64,000 nt of DNA from an uncultured Clostridia bacterium (GTDB taxonomy: Bacteria; Bacillota; Clostridia; Oscillospirales; CAG-272): contig CANQYV010000001.1 in NCBI GenBank assembly GCA_947628165.1, forward strand, positions 12,314 through 76,313, written 5' to 3'. Shown in pieces: positions 18,385 through 28,180 of this stretch. The position numbers and the translations under genes are program-made. The notes under the pieces are model-generated. The model was not told the DNA's origin. It did not search any database and worked only from the letters and a program-made list of their open reading frames with translations. Within the stretch, counting starts at the first letter, position 1. Each line of letters starts with the position of its first letter.

Positions 18385-20429
18385 AAACATTCTTTTATCC
18401 GAGGCTCGCGGCAAGCGGCATGATAAAAAACAAGCGGATGTATCTGCCTTTTATCCTGACCTGCACCGGGATGGTGATGATGTTTTACATCATCATATAT
18501 CTTGCGGTCAGCAGCGTCCTCGACAACCTTATCGGAGCCGAGTCGCTGCGGCAGATGTTTGCGCTCGGAAGCTGGGTCATCGCGGTCTTTGCCGCTATTT
18601 TCCTGTTTTACACAAACTCATTTCTCATAAAGCGTAGAAAGAAGGAATTCGGTCTTTATAACATTCTCGGCATGGGAAAGCGGAATATTGCCCGCATCCT
18701 CTTTTGGGAAACGGTCATTACAGCCGTCGTTTCCGTCATCGCGGGCCTTGCCGCGGGGATAGCATTTTCAAAATTCGCTGAGCTCGGCATGGTGAATATC
18801 ATGCACGGCGAGGTGAGCTACGATCTCTCCGTCTCGTTTGTCGCCGTTTTGCGCTCTGTTGAGGTCTTCGGCGTCATCTTTCTTTTGCTTTTGTGCAATT
18901 CAATACGGCAGGTGCGGTTTTCAAGCGCCGTATCGCTTCTCAGAAGCGAAAACGCGGGCGAGAAGCCGCCGAAGGGGAATTGGTTGTTCGGCATTTGCGG
19001 GGCGCTGCTCCTTTTGGGCGCGTATTATATCTCCGCAACGATAGAAAACCCGCTCGCCGCCCTTATGGTTTTCTTTGTGGCGGTTTTGATGGTCATCGTC
19101 GGAACTTATCTTTTTATGATCTCGGGCTCTGTCATTTTCTGCCGCCTTCTGCAAAAGGACAAGGGCTATTACTACAAGCCGAATCACTTCGTTTCCGTGT
19201 CGTCTATGGTATACCGCATGAAGCGGAACGGCGCGGGGCTTGCGTCGATTTGTATCCTTGCGACAATGGTGCTCGTCATGATGGCGTCTACGACGTGCCT
19301 TTATTTCGGCGAGGAGGACGCGGTGCTTACGCGATATCCGCGCGATATTAACCTTGAGTTCCAGTTTGACGATCTGTCCGATTTCTTGGATGAGCATACC
19401 GAAATACTCAAAAACGGGGTGTATGAAGAGCTCAAGGCGAAGAATGTGCTTCTAAGAAACGATTACCGCTACCGCGTCGCCACATTTTACGGCGTTGTCG
19501 ATGGGAATACGGTGGATGTGGACCCGACCGGGATAAGCGACACAGACTTCATGAATTCCGCATATGTTTTCAGATTTATCCCCCTTGCGGATTATAACGA
19601 ACTCATGGGAGCCGACGAGACGCTTGCCGACGGGGAGGCGCTGCTCTATTCACACAGGACGAACTACAACGCCGACGCGGTCAGTTTCAAAAACGGGGAA
19701 ACATTCAGGATAAAAAAGAAGCTCGACACGCTGACAGGCGGCAGCGAAACGGCAATGGACATGATATCCACCATTACGCTTGTCGTTCCGGAGCTCGAGA
19801 GCAGTCTGCGCCGGCTCGACGGTATCGCGAATTTCAACGGAGACAGTCTGCTTCAGAAGAAATGGATCTGCAGTTTTGATACGGGCATGGATCCGGAAGA
19901 ACAGATAGCGCTGTATCAGGATCTTACGGAGACGCTGAGACGGGATCCTTCATCAAGCGTGAAGCTCGGATATAAAAGCGTTTATATCAGCAGCCAGGAA
20001 TTTGAAAAGAATGATTTCTACGGGCTGTTCGGCGCGCTGTTTTATCTCGGCATAATCCTGAGCCTCGCCTTCACCGTTGCCGCCGTGCTCATCATATATT
20101 ACAAGCAGATATCCGAGGGGTACGAGGATCAGGCGCGGTTCCTCATCATGCAGAAGGTGGGCATGACGAAGCCCGAGATCAGGGCGAGCATAAATTCTCA
20201 GCTTTTGACCGTGTTTTTCCTGCCGCTTTTGCTCGCCGTGCTTCACGTCACGTTTGCGTTTCCCATTATCCGCAAGATACTGTTGATGTTCAATCTCAAC
20301 AACGCAAGGCTTTTCGCGTCGACGACGCTTCTGACCGTCGCCGTGTTCGCGCTGTTCTATACCGCCGTATACCGCCTCACGTCAAACGCTTACTATAAAA
20401 TAGTGAGCGGGCTCGGCGGCGAGAGATGA
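18381..20429 (+). CDS. FtsX-family ABC permease (BceB-like, ~10 TM with a large extracellular domain)
   Basis: The 682-aa architecture has TM clusters at both ends and a ~220-aa soluble domain in the middle. ATGA overlap with the ATPase gene. Confidence 0.85.
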   Translation: MKTFFYPRLAASGMIKNKRMYLPFILTCTGMVMMFYIIIYLAVSSVLDNLIGAESLRQMFALGSWVIAVFAAIFLFYTNSFLIKRRKKEFGLYNILGMGKRNIARILFWETVITAVVSVIAGLAAGIAFSKFAELGMVNIMHGEVSYDLSVSFVAVLRSVEVFGVIFLLLLCNSIRQVRFSSAVSLLRSENAGEKPPKGNWLFGICGALLLLGAYYISATIENPLAALMVFFVAVLMVIVGTYLFMISGSVIFCRLLQKDKGYYYKPNHFVSVSSMVYRMKRNGAGLASICILATMVLVMMASTTCLYFGEEDAVLTRYPRDINLEFQFDDLSDFLDEHTEILKNGVYEELKAKNVLLRNDYRYRVATFYGVVDGNTVDVDPTGISDTDFMNSAYVFRFIPLADYNELMGADETLADGEALLYSHRTNYNADAVSFKNGETFRIKKKLDTLTGGSETAMDMISTITLVVPELESSLRRLDGIANFNGDSLLQKKWICSFDTGMDPEEQIALYQDLTETLRRDPSSSVKLGYKSVYISSQEFEKNDFYGLFGALFYLGIILSLAFTVAAVLIIYYKQISEGYEDQARFLIMQKVGMTKPEIRASINSQLLTVFFLPLLLAVLHVTFAFPIIRKILLMFNLNNARLFASTTLLTVAVFALFYTAVYRLTSNAYYKIVSGLGGER

Positions 20430-20433
20430 CAAA

Positions 20434-20625
20434 ATGGAGAGTTGGGACGAAAAAAACCGCGTGAAAAAGAGAGCGGGCATACGCCCGCTCGCGCGGGGCT
20501 GCGTGTTCTTTACGGGGATGGCAGTCATCGCAACCCTCGCGGTACCGGCGGTTCTGCTGTTCGGGATGATATATGCCATATCAAAGCTGACGGACGCGCT
20601 GACCGACAAGATAGACAAGAGCTGA
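20434..20625 (+). CDS. possible small membrane protein (63 aa)
   Basis: A single hydrophobic stretch (VFFTGMAVIATLAVPAVLLFGMIYAI). It starts 5 nt after the permease stop and has a weak RBS. Confidence 0.3.
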   Translation: MESWDEKNRVKKRAGIRPLARGCVFFTGMAVIATLAVPAVLLFGMIYAISKLTDALTDKIDKS

Positions 20626-20649
20626 GAAAAAAAGGAGGGCAGAGCTGGC

Positions 20650-21537
20650 ATGGGACGAAAAAAGCGCGCCGGAAAAGGCAGGGCGGACAGAGGGGCGAAA
20701 GCCGTGCTCGCTGCCGTTTTGCTCATATACATGGGGCTTATAATTTTTACCGTATGGGGAAATACGGCGCTGATGCTCCACGAGATAGAGATCGAAAGCT
20801 CCCGCCTGCCCGAGGCGTTCTCAGGATTTCGGATAGCGCACATCTCCGATCTGCACAATGCGGAGTTCGGCGACGGGAACGAAAAGCTGCTCGATTTGCT
20901 CGGGCGGGCGGAGCCCGACATTATAGTCATCACCGGCGACCTTGTCGACAGAAGGCATGCGGACACCGAAAATGCGCTCCGCTTTGTCGAAAAGGCGGCG
21001 GCGCTGGCGCCGACGTACTACGTTTCGGGGAATCACGAGGCCGCGCGCGGGGATTATGATGAGCTCAGGGAAAAAATTGAGGACGCGGGAGCATTCGTGC
21101 TTGACGACGGGCGCACGGTTATCGAGCGGGACGGCGAGGAGATACTTTTGCTCGGGCTCATGGACCCGGACTTTGCCGTAAAGGGCGACTTTTTCGGCGA
21201 GGCATCCGCGATGGTGAAGGCGAAGCTCGGCGAGCTTATGAACGGGGAAGACAAATACACGGTGCTCCTCTCGCACAGGCCGGAGCTCTTCCTTTCGTAT
21301 GTTTCGTGCGGCGTCGACCTTGCATTTTGCGGTCACGCGCACGGCGGGCAGTTCCGCTTTCCGTTCGTCGGCGGACTTTACGCGCCCGGTCAGGGCTTTT
21401 TCCCGGAATATGACTCGGGGCTGTATACCGATGGGAGCACGTCGATGGCGGTGAGCCGAGGCCTCGGCAACAGTGTTATCCCGTTCCGCTTCAACAACAG
21501 GCCCGAGATAATTCTTGCCGTGCTCTCTCGTAAATAA
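20650..21537 (+). CDS. membrane-anchored metallophosphoesterase (YkuE-like)
   Basis: AAGGAGGG RBS. Motifs ISDLHN, GDLVD, GNHE and GHAHGGQ. N-terminal TM helix. Confidence 0.85.
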   Translation: MGRKKRAGKGRADRGAKAVLAAVLLIYMGLIIFTVWGNTALMLHEIEIESSRLPEAFSGFRIAHISDLHNAEFGDGNEKLLDLLGRAEPDIIVITGDLVDRRHADTENALRFVEKAAALAPTYYVSGNHEAARGDYDELREKIEDAGAFVLDDGRTVIERDGEEILLLGLMDPDFAVKGDFFGEASAMVKAKLGELMNGEDKYTVLLSHRPELFLSYVSCGVDLAFCGHAHGGQFRFPFVGGLYAPGQGFFPEYDSGLYTDGSTSMAVSRGLGNSVIPFRFNNRPEIILAVLSRK

Positions 21538-21540
21538 AAA

Positions 21541-21566
21541 GCGTCCCCCCGGGGGCGCTTTTTTAT
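21541..21566 (+). terminator. intrinsic terminator
   Basis: GC-rich stem gcgtccc/ggggcgc followed by tttttt. Confidence 0.7.
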
Positions 21567-21649
21567 GTAAAAAATACGAGTGAGACTTGATTATGAAATC
21601 CGTATCGGCTATAATGAAAATAAAGGATATGCATACGTTCGGAGGCGCT

Positions 21650-23659
21650 TTTTCGATGAGGAGCATTTCGATAACGGATGAGCTTTTGTTTGGCGGCGTG
21701 TCCGTCACTCGGCGCGGCGAGAACGGCTGCGAGCTTTTGTTTTCAAAAGACGGAGGCGGGCTCGTTTTGCCCGGGATCGCAGAATGCGCGGAGCGGTATC
21801 TGACGTTTCGCGTCTCCGTCATGGAGGAGCACAGCATACCGATGCACTTCCTCGTCTATGTGAAGGGCGAAGAAAAGCCTGCGTTCACCGTCAGATTCGG
21901 GCTCCTGCCGCGCGTTGAGGCGACCGTGTGCATCGACCTTTCCTGGATGGACGGGAGCAGGCTTTTCCCTGAGGCGATGCCTGGAACGCTGAAGATAGTG
22001 TGCCACGGGCGGCGTGTATACAGGGACGAGATAGTCCGCGTGACGCTCTCGACCCTGCCCGCGTTTCACGACATAAGGCTGAAGCTCGCGGACATGACGC
22101 TGACGGACGAGTACCCGGACACCGCCTCGCTCCCCGATGTGAAGCTTGTCGATATGTTCGGTCAGAGCAAATGGCGGCAGTGGCGCGGCAAAACCGAGAA
22201 TGAGGCGGAGCTGTCAGCAGCGCTCCGCCGCCAATATGATGAAGCCGTGAGCGGGTGCCGCATTCCCGACCGCACGGGGTACGGCGGATGGAAAAAGAAA
22301 AAACTCACGGACGGCACGGGATTTTTCTCCCGCGTCAAAAAGGACGGCAGATGGTGGCTCACCGACCCGCTCGGATACGCGTTTTTCAGCATGGGTCCCG
22401 ACTGCGTCGGTCTCGGCGGAGACTGCCGGATAGACGGCGTTGAAAAATGGCTCGACTGGCTCCCCGACAGGGACGATAAAGAATACGGGGACATGTATCA
22501 TGAGCCGGAGAAAAGACGCGGCAGAAGAAAGATAAGATATTTTTCATTTTACAAGGCGAACCTCCGCCGCGCGTTCGGCGTTGACTGGTACGAAAAGTGG
22601 CGCCGGATGCTCGTAGGGCAGCTTTGGAGTTGCGGGATGAACACGCTCGGCAACTGGAGCGACGGCGACCTTCTCGGAGCCGTCGGTATGCCTTATGTAA
22701 CGTCCCTGCCGAGATTCCCCTCGACGGAAAAGCGCATATTCCGCGATTTCCCGGACGTTTTCAGCGAGGAATACGAAGCGGACGCAAAAAGATGTGCCGC
22801 GGCGCTCGAAAAGAGGAAGAGCGACCCGCTCATGATAGGGTATTTTCTCCGAAACGAACCCGAATGGGCGTTCGTCGACGGACTTGTTCTCGCGGACGAG
22901 GTGCTCTATTGTCCCGAGCGCACTGCCTGCAAGGAACGGCTCGTGTCACATCTCAGAGAAAAATACGGCAATATAGCGGCGCTCAACGCGGCGTGGGGAA
23001 CGGATCTTCCCGATTTTGACGCGCTATATGAAAGCAGGCGCGAGGTATCGAAGCTCTCGGATACATCACGACGCGATATGAAAGAGTTTTCGAGGATGAT
23101 GCTGCGCGCATACATCGAGATACCCGTCCGCGAGTGCAGAATGGTCGACAAAAACCACATGATACTCGGCATGCGCTGGGCATGGATATCGGATCCCGAC
23201 CTTGTAACGGGATGGAAATGCTTCGACGTCTTTTCTATAAACTGCTACTCCGTCGACCCTACGGCAGCGATAGACGGCGTCACGTCGCTCGGAGTCGACC
23301 TTCCCGTGCTCATCGGAGAGTTTCACTTCGGAGCGCTCGACTCTGGGCTTCCGGCAACGGGGCTTGAGGCTGTCGAAACACAGCGCGACCGCGGTGTCGC
23401 GTACAGGCATTATGTCGAATGTGCCGCCGCGCACCCGAACGGGGTCGGCTGTCACTATTTCCAGTGCTACGACCAGTTCACGCTCGGGAGATTTGACGGC
23501 GAGAATTACAACATAGGCATTTTCGATATCTGCTCGCGCGCGTACCCCGAAATGACGGAGGAGATAAGAAAGTGCTCGGAGCGAGTGTATGCCATAGCTG
23601 ACGGCTCGCTCGAAAAAAGCCGTGAGCTGCCGCATTCGATCCCGATGATAGCATACTGA
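21650..23659 (+). CDS. putative glycoside hydrolase, (beta/alpha)8 clan GH-A-like; family not assignable by eye
   Basis: FLRNEPEW (NEP acid/base-like) and IGEFHFG (nucleophile-like) motifs. Start uncertain: ATG 21650 has a GGAGG RBS, and the track ORF opens at 21587. Confidence 0.5.
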   Translation, partial: FSMRSISITDELLFGGVSVTRRGENGCELLFSKDGGGLVLPGIAECAERYLTFRVSVMEEHSIPMHFLVYVKGEEKPAFTVRFGLLPRVEATVCIDLSWMDGSRLFPEAMPGTLKIVCHGRRVYRDEIVRVTLSTLPAFHDIRLKLADMTLTDEYPDTASLPDVKLVDMFGQSKWRQWRGKTENEAELSAALRRQYDEAVSGCRIPDRTGYGGWKKKKLTDGTGFFSRVKKDGRWWLTDPLGYAFFSMGPDCVGLGGDCRIDGVEKWLDWLPDRDDKEYGDMYHEPEKRRGRRKIRYFSFYKANLRRAFGVDWYEKWRRMLVGQLWSCGMNTLGNWSDGDLLGAVGMPYVTSLPRFPSTEKRIFRDFPDVFSEEYEADAKRCAAALEKRKSDPLMIGYFLRNEPEWAFVDGLVLADEVLYCPERTACKERLVSHLREKYGNIAALNAAWGTDLPDFDALYESRREVSKLSDTSRRDMKEFSRMMLRAYIEIPVRECRMVDKNHMILGMRWAWISDPDLVTGWKCFDVFSINCYSVDPTAAIDGVTSLGVDLPVLIGEFHFGALDSGLPATGLEAVETQRDRGVAYRHYVECAAAHPNGVGCHYFQCYDQFTLGRFDGENYNIGIFDICSRAYPEMTEEIRKCSERVYAIADGSLEKSRELPHSIPMIAY

Positions 23660-23696
23660 AGCGAAATAAAAAATAAATAAACGGAGGCAACAGAAA

Positions 23697-25769
23697 ATGA
23701 GCGCAAAAAAAAGAAGACTGATTGCTGTTTTGATATGTCTTTCGATGCTTCTCGCTTTTCTTCCTTCATGCGTAAAGGACGCGGGCGGCGATGAGACGGG
23801 AGACGTCATCGGAACAGGCAGCGGCACGTCGTTAAGCACGGGCAGCGCTTCCGGCACGGAGGCGGCGGATACATCCTCATCCGCAGGCAAGGAGCCGGAG
23901 AAGAACGATGCGGACAAAACCGTCGTGATCTCGCCCCTGAACGCGTCCACGAACAACGACGGCGTTTTCGAGGGCTGGGGCACGAGCCTTTGCTGGTGGG
24001 CAAACAGGCTCGGATATTCCGATGTGCTCGCGCAGAAGGCGGCGGATCTCTTTTACGGCGACGACGGACTGCGCCTCAACATCATGCGCTACAATATCGG
24101 CGGCGGCGACGACCCGACGCACACGCACATAACGAGGACAGACTCCGCCGTGCCGGGATGGCTCGTGTTTGACGAGGCGAGCGGCGAATATGTCTACGAC
24201 TACGACGCCGACAAAAACCAGATAAACGTGATGCAGCGCGCTGTCAAGGCGGCGGGGGACAACGCGATAGTAGAGGTATTCTCAAACTCGCCCCCGTACT
24301 TTATGACGAACAGCGGCTGCTCCTCCGGAAATACGGACGCGAACGTGAACAATCTGAAAAACGATTCCTATGAGGAGTTCGCGGAATATCTCGCTCACGT
24401 CACAAACTACATACAGAATGAGCTCGGCATCCGCGTTGCAAGCGTCGCCCCGATGAATGAGCCGAACACGAATTATTGGGGCGCCGGGAGCGACAAGCAG
24501 GAGGGCTGCCATTTTGACGCGGGAACGGCGCAGTCGAAGATAATCACGCTGACTGCCAAAGCTCTCGCAAGATACGGGCTCGACAACGTCATTATTTCCG
24601 CGAGCGACGAGACGAGCACGGGAAAGCAGCTTGAGGAATACGGGCTTTATTCAAAGGATGCAAAGGCCGTTATCGGAAGGATAAACACGCATTCCTACGG
24701 CACCGACAGGATAGCGGAGCTCGGTCAGCTTGCAAAGGACGAGGGGTTCGTCCTCTGGATGAGCGAGGTCGACGGCAGCGGGACCTCCGGAACGAACGCC
24801 GGCGAGATGGGCTCGGCGCTCTGGTTCGGCGAAAAGATAATCTCAGATATGAACGGGCTTTCTCCGTCCGCGTGGGTCATGTGGCAGGCAATAGACAACC
24901 ACATTTCAAAGGACGGATACAACGGGCGCCGTGATTTCGGAATGGTAGACGTCAACGGCGGCTTTTGGGGGCTCGCCGTCTGCGACCATGACAAGGAGGA
25001 CATAATCCTAACGCAGAAGTATTACGGCATGGGGCAGTTCACGCGATACATAAGACCGGGATACACGATAATAACGTGCAGCTCGGACGCGCTCGCGGCG
25101 TATGACGAAGAGAGCGGAACGCTCGTTGTCGTTGCGCTCAATACGGGCGCGAGGAAAAAGACGGTTAGATTTGACCTCTCGCAGTTTGAGAAGACGGGAT
25201 CGTCCGTCAGCGCCGTCCGCACGAGCGGGAATACTTCAAACGGCGAAAAATGGGCAGAGATCGGCGAATTTCCCGCCGACGGCGACGGATTTACCGTTGA
25301 GCTGAAGGCAAATTCCATCACGACCTACATCATGAAGGACGTGAAGATGGGAGATGCCAGGATAGAGGAAATACCTCTCGACGGCTCGAAGGTCACGGGC
25401 TCCGTACCGTGGAACGGCGGCGCCGACGTCGCAGCACACGTTATCGACGGCAGCGTCGGCACGTTCTTCGACGGCGTCGAGAACGGCTGGCTCGAGATAG
25501 ATATGGGAAAAGAGACGTCGTTCGACGTTATCGGATACGCGCCCCGCGCCGGATATGAGGACAGGATGGTGAAAGGCACCTTCTACGGCTCAAACGACGG
25601 CGAGAACTGGACGGAGCTTTACCGTGTGACGGAGGTCCCCGCCGCCGGGATAAACTTCGCGTTCATGGACGATGCCGTGAGCTTCCGCTATATCCGCTAC
25701 GACGTCCCGACGGGTACGGGAGACCTCTGCAATATTGCGGAGATAAAGCTCTACACAACCGGAAAATGA
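23697..25769 (+). CDS. GH30-family glycoside hydrolase lipoprotein with a C-terminal discoidin (F5/8 type C, CBM32-like) domain
   Basis: Signal peptide with LPSC lipobox. FEGWGTSLCWWANRLG and MNEPNTNYWG motifs typical of GH30. C-terminal IRYIRYDVP ... IAEIKLY discoidin-like end. Confidence 0.8.
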   Translation: MSAKKRRLIAVLICLSMLLAFLPSCVKDAGGDETGDVIGTGSGTSLSTGSASGTEAADTSSSAGKEPEKNDADKTVVISPLNASTNNDGVFEGWGTSLCWWANRLGYSDVLAQKAADLFYGDDGLRLNIMRYNIGGGDDPTHTHITRTDSAVPGWLVFDEASGEYVYDYDADKNQINVMQRAVKAAGDNAIVEVFSNSPPYFMTNSGCSSGNTDANVNNLKNDSYEEFAEYLAHVTNYIQNELGIRVASVAPMNEPNTNYWGAGSDKQEGCHFDAGTAQSKIITLTAKALARYGLDNVIISASDETSTGKQLEEYGLYSKDAKAVIGRINTHSYGTDRIAELGQLAKDEGFVLWMSEVDGSGTSGTNAGEMGSALWFGEKIISDMNGLSPSAWVMWQAIDNHISKDGYNGRRDFGMVDVNGGFWGLAVCDHDKEDIILTQKYYGMGQFTRYIRPGYTIITCSSDALAAYDEESGTLVVVALNTGARKKTVRFDLSQFEKTGSSVSAVRTSGNTSNGEKWAEIGEFPADGDGFTVELKANSITTYIMKDVKMGDARIEEIPLDGSKVTGSVPWNGGADVAAHVIDGSVGTFFDGVENGWLEIDMGKETSFDVIGYAPRAGYEDRMVKGTFYGSNDGENWTELYRVTEVPAAGINFAFMDDAVSFRYIRYDVPTGTGDLCNIAEIKLYTTGK

Positions 25770-25788
25770 TGCGGAAAGGAGTGGGCGC

Positions 25789-26346
25789 ATGAAAGACAAT
25801 ATATCCGCGGCGGATGCACTGTCCCGCCTTTTGGCAGGCAATGAGGCATACATAAGCGGGCGCAGGCAGTTCGGCGATATTTCGCCCGAAATAAGAAAGA
25901 AGACGTGCGAGCGCGGGCAGAGCCCGTATGCAGTTGTTGTGACGTGTTCGGATTCGCGCGTCATTCCCGAGGCTTTATTTTCGGCGGGCATCGGGGAGCT
26001 CTTCGTGATACGCGTCGCCGGGAACGTTGTCGGCGGTCACGAGCTCGGCAGCATCGAGTATGCCGCGGAGCACCTCGGGTGCAGGCTCGCCGTCGTGCTC
26101 GGTCACACGCACTGCGGCGCCGTCGGCGCCGCAGTGAAGGGCGAGACGGGAGGATATGTCGGCTCGATAACGGACGAAATACGCCGCGCCGCAGGCGGGG
26201 AGACAGACGAATATAAAGCCTGCGTCAAAAACGTCATGCACAGCGCCTCAGTCATAAAAGAAGCGCTCGCGAAATCTCCTGTAAGCCTTACGGTGGCGGG
26301 AGCCGTTTACGACATCGAGAGCGGCAAGGTCGAATTTCTGCAATAA
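25789..26346 (+). CDS. beta-class carbonic anhydrase
   Basis: CSDSRV and HTHCGAV zinc-ligand motifs. Confidence 0.85.
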   Translation: MKDNISAADALSRLLAGNEAYISGRRQFGDISPEIRKKTCERGQSPYAVVVTCSDSRVIPEALFSAGIGELFVIRVAGNVVGGHELGSIEYAAEHLGCRLAVVLGHTHCGAVGAAVKGETGGYVGSITDEIRRAAGGETDEYKACVKNVMHSASVIKEALAKSPVSLTVAGAVYDIESGKVEFLQ

Positions 26347-26351
26347 TACAA

Positions 26352-26388
26352 AAAATGCTCTCCGAGGCAATGCCCGGAGGGCATTTTT
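26352..26388 (+). terminator. intrinsic terminator
   Basis: 13-bp stem (aaaatgctctccg / cggagggcatttt, one G-U pair) with a 10-nt loop and a T-run. Confidence 0.7.
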
Positions 26389-26471
26389 GCTTTAGACACT
26401 GTCATTCGCCGACATCACGGGCGGCGTGTGTGCAAACCGTGAAAGCATACGCGCAAAGTAAGAAGAAAGTA

Positions 26472-26500
26472 TTGAAACCGTCCCCGGGGACGTATATAAT
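26472..26500 (+). promoter_or_regulatory. promoter with a palindromic spacer upstream of the LytTR gene
   Basis: TTGAAA, 17 nt, TATAAT. The spacer holds a perfect 14-bp palindrome CGTCCCCGGGGACG (26479-26492). Confidence 0.55.
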
Positions 26501-26533
26501 GTACACAGCAAAAGAAAAACGGAGGGCGCGCAG

Positions 26534-26986
26534 ATGAAGATACGGCTTCTTGTCAGCGACGAGGACTACGAGCTCATAAAGACCGAGCTTGAAAAGCTCG
26601 GGGTCGTTATAGACGACGACGCGGAGCTAATCCTGACGCAGAAGGACAAGTACGCGAGCTTCATTCCCGCGCGGGATCCGAAAACGGGCGGCAGGCTGCA
26701 CATCTCGACAGATGAGATAATTTTCTTTGAGTCGTTCGGGCATACGGTCGAGATACATACAGGCGTCGCCATTTACGAAACGTCCGACAGGCTGTATCAG
26801 CTCACCTCCATACTCGACCCGCAAAAATTTTTGCGCGTGTCAAACTCTGTCATAATCGCGCGCAGGCACGTCCTCCGAATAAATCCTGCGCTCTCGATGA
26901 AGTTCACGCTTATAATGTCGGACGGCTCGCGGGTCGATGTGACGCGCAGCTATTATAATATTTTCAAAGACGCTTTCAACATATAA
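26534..26986 (+). CDS. LytTR-family DNA-binding protein with a short N-terminal domain
   Basis: GGAGGG RBS. The C-terminal ~100 aa resemble LytTR (IIFFES ... TSDRLYQL ... FLRVSNSVIIA ... SRSYY). The N-terminal 45 aa are too short to be a full receiver. Confidence 0.75.
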   Translation: MKIRLLVSDEDYELIKTELEKLGVVIDDDAELILTQKDKYASFIPARDPKTGGRLHISTDEIIFFESFGHTVEIHTGVAIYETSDRLYQLTSILDPQKFLRVSNSVIIARRHVLRINPALSMKFTLIMSDGSRVDVTRSYYNIFKDAFNI

Positions 26987-27001
26987 AAGGAGGGGAAAGA
27001 A

Positions 27002-28051
27002 ATGGTCACCGGTCGTTCAATAATAGTCTTTTCCGTCATCATTGTCGCCGTCATACTGTTCGCGGTCGGTTTAGTGACAGCGGTATATTTTACGGTATAC
27101 AAACGCCATATAAACAAAACGCTTATGTACGGGGACAGCGGCGCGGAACAGCAAAATATACGCAGGATGCCGTCTGTCGGCTCCGCGGCGCGCGCCGTCT
27201 TTGTATGTGCGGCGATATTCTTCGCGGTATTCATGATGTATGAAATGATATCCCTCGGCAAAAGGCTCGACGATATGGTCAGCAGCCTTAATAACAGGAT
27301 AAACGGTATGCAGAGCAGCATACAGGGCATTCATGATTACACCGACGAGAAGATAAAGGATGCAAACAGCATCGTTACGTCCTCAGACATCAGGGCGGGC
27401 GAATATGAGATGTCAACGCACACGGTGGAAGTGATTTTTACCGTCGCGCCGAAAGCGACCTCGGGCGACGCGGAGCTGTCGGTCACATTCGGAGATCAGA
27501 CGACAGAGCTTCACAGTATAGGCGGAGGCATGTATGAAGGGACGGCAAAAGCGAACATCTTTCGCCTGTACGGCGCTAAGGTAATCCTTGCCATTCGCGA
27601 TGCGTCGGGGACGAGAACGGAGCCGCTCAGCCTGTCAATCGATGAGATTACGGCGGACTTTCTGCCTTCTATTTCAGCAAAGGCGGAGCTTGCAGACGAC
27701 GCTTCAAACGCTCTTATCATGCCGTATGTGGCCCGCCCCATGCGCGACACAGGGGTAAAGCTCGTTTCTTTAACTCTTATAACAGAGGTGAACGGTGAAA
27801 AGGCCGGTGAAAAGGATCTGACGTATCTTTTATCTAATAAAAATGATATAACCGACACCTCCGGCATATCTATCGACATTCCCGAAGGCGCGGACAGTAT
27901 TTTTGTTTACCTGACCGCAACGGACAGCGAAGGGTACATATACAGCGCACTCGCTTTAGGATACGACGCGGACGGCGATGCGCTTTATGCATCCCCGGAC
28001 TGGATGGAGATAAGGGATAAGAACGGAAACGTGCTTCGCAGCGATGAGTGA
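27002..28051 (+). CDS. hypothetical membrane-anchored extracytoplasmic protein
   Basis: AGGAGGGG RBS. Two N-terminal hydrophobic segments, then a ~250-aa soluble region with no motif I recognise. Confidence 0.5.
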   Translation: MVTGRSIIVFSVIIVAVILFAVGLVTAVYFTVYKRHINKTLMYGDSGAEQQNIRRMPSVGSAARAVFVCAAIFFAVFMMYEMISLGKRLDDMVSSLNNRINGMQSSIQGIHDYTDEKIKDANSIVTSSDIRAGEYEMSTHTVEVIFTVAPKATSGDAELSVTFGDQTTELHSIGGGMYEGTAKANIFRLYGAKVILAIRDASGTRTEPLSLSIDEITADFLPSISAKAELADDASNALIMPYVARPMRDTGVKLVSLTLITEVNGEKAGEKDLTYLLSNKNDITDTSGISIDIPEGADSIFVYLTATDSEGYIYSALALGYDADGDALYASPDWMEIRDKNGNVLRSDE

Positions 28052-28064
28052 CGGTTATAATTGA

Positions 28065-28105
28065 CGGGAGGCGGCTTGGCTTTTTGCCGCCTCCCGCATT
28101 TTTTT
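28065..28105 (+). terminator. intrinsic terminator
   Basis: 11-bp perfect stem cgggaggcggc / gccgcctcccg followed by ttttttt. Confidence 0.75.
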
Positions 28106-28180
28106 CTTCGGCTTTTTTAGCAGAGGCATCTTTTTTTGCGCCGTTTTGCCTCGAAAAGCACTTGCGAAACGGCTCGGATT

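Noticed and set aside
20821-21837. Long minus-strand ORF (338 aa) covering the metallophosphoesterase gene. Similar long antisense ORFs occur at 10268-11083, 15310-16095, 23066-23983, 37268-38158, 38826-39581, 44726-45529, 47289-48185 and 53535-54341.
   Set aside because: Each lies exactly antisense to a gene with clear family motifs. Their translations are Arg/Ala/Pro-rich with low complexity, and they lack RBS-linked starts. This is the usual stop-codon-poor antisense frame of GC-rich coding DNA.
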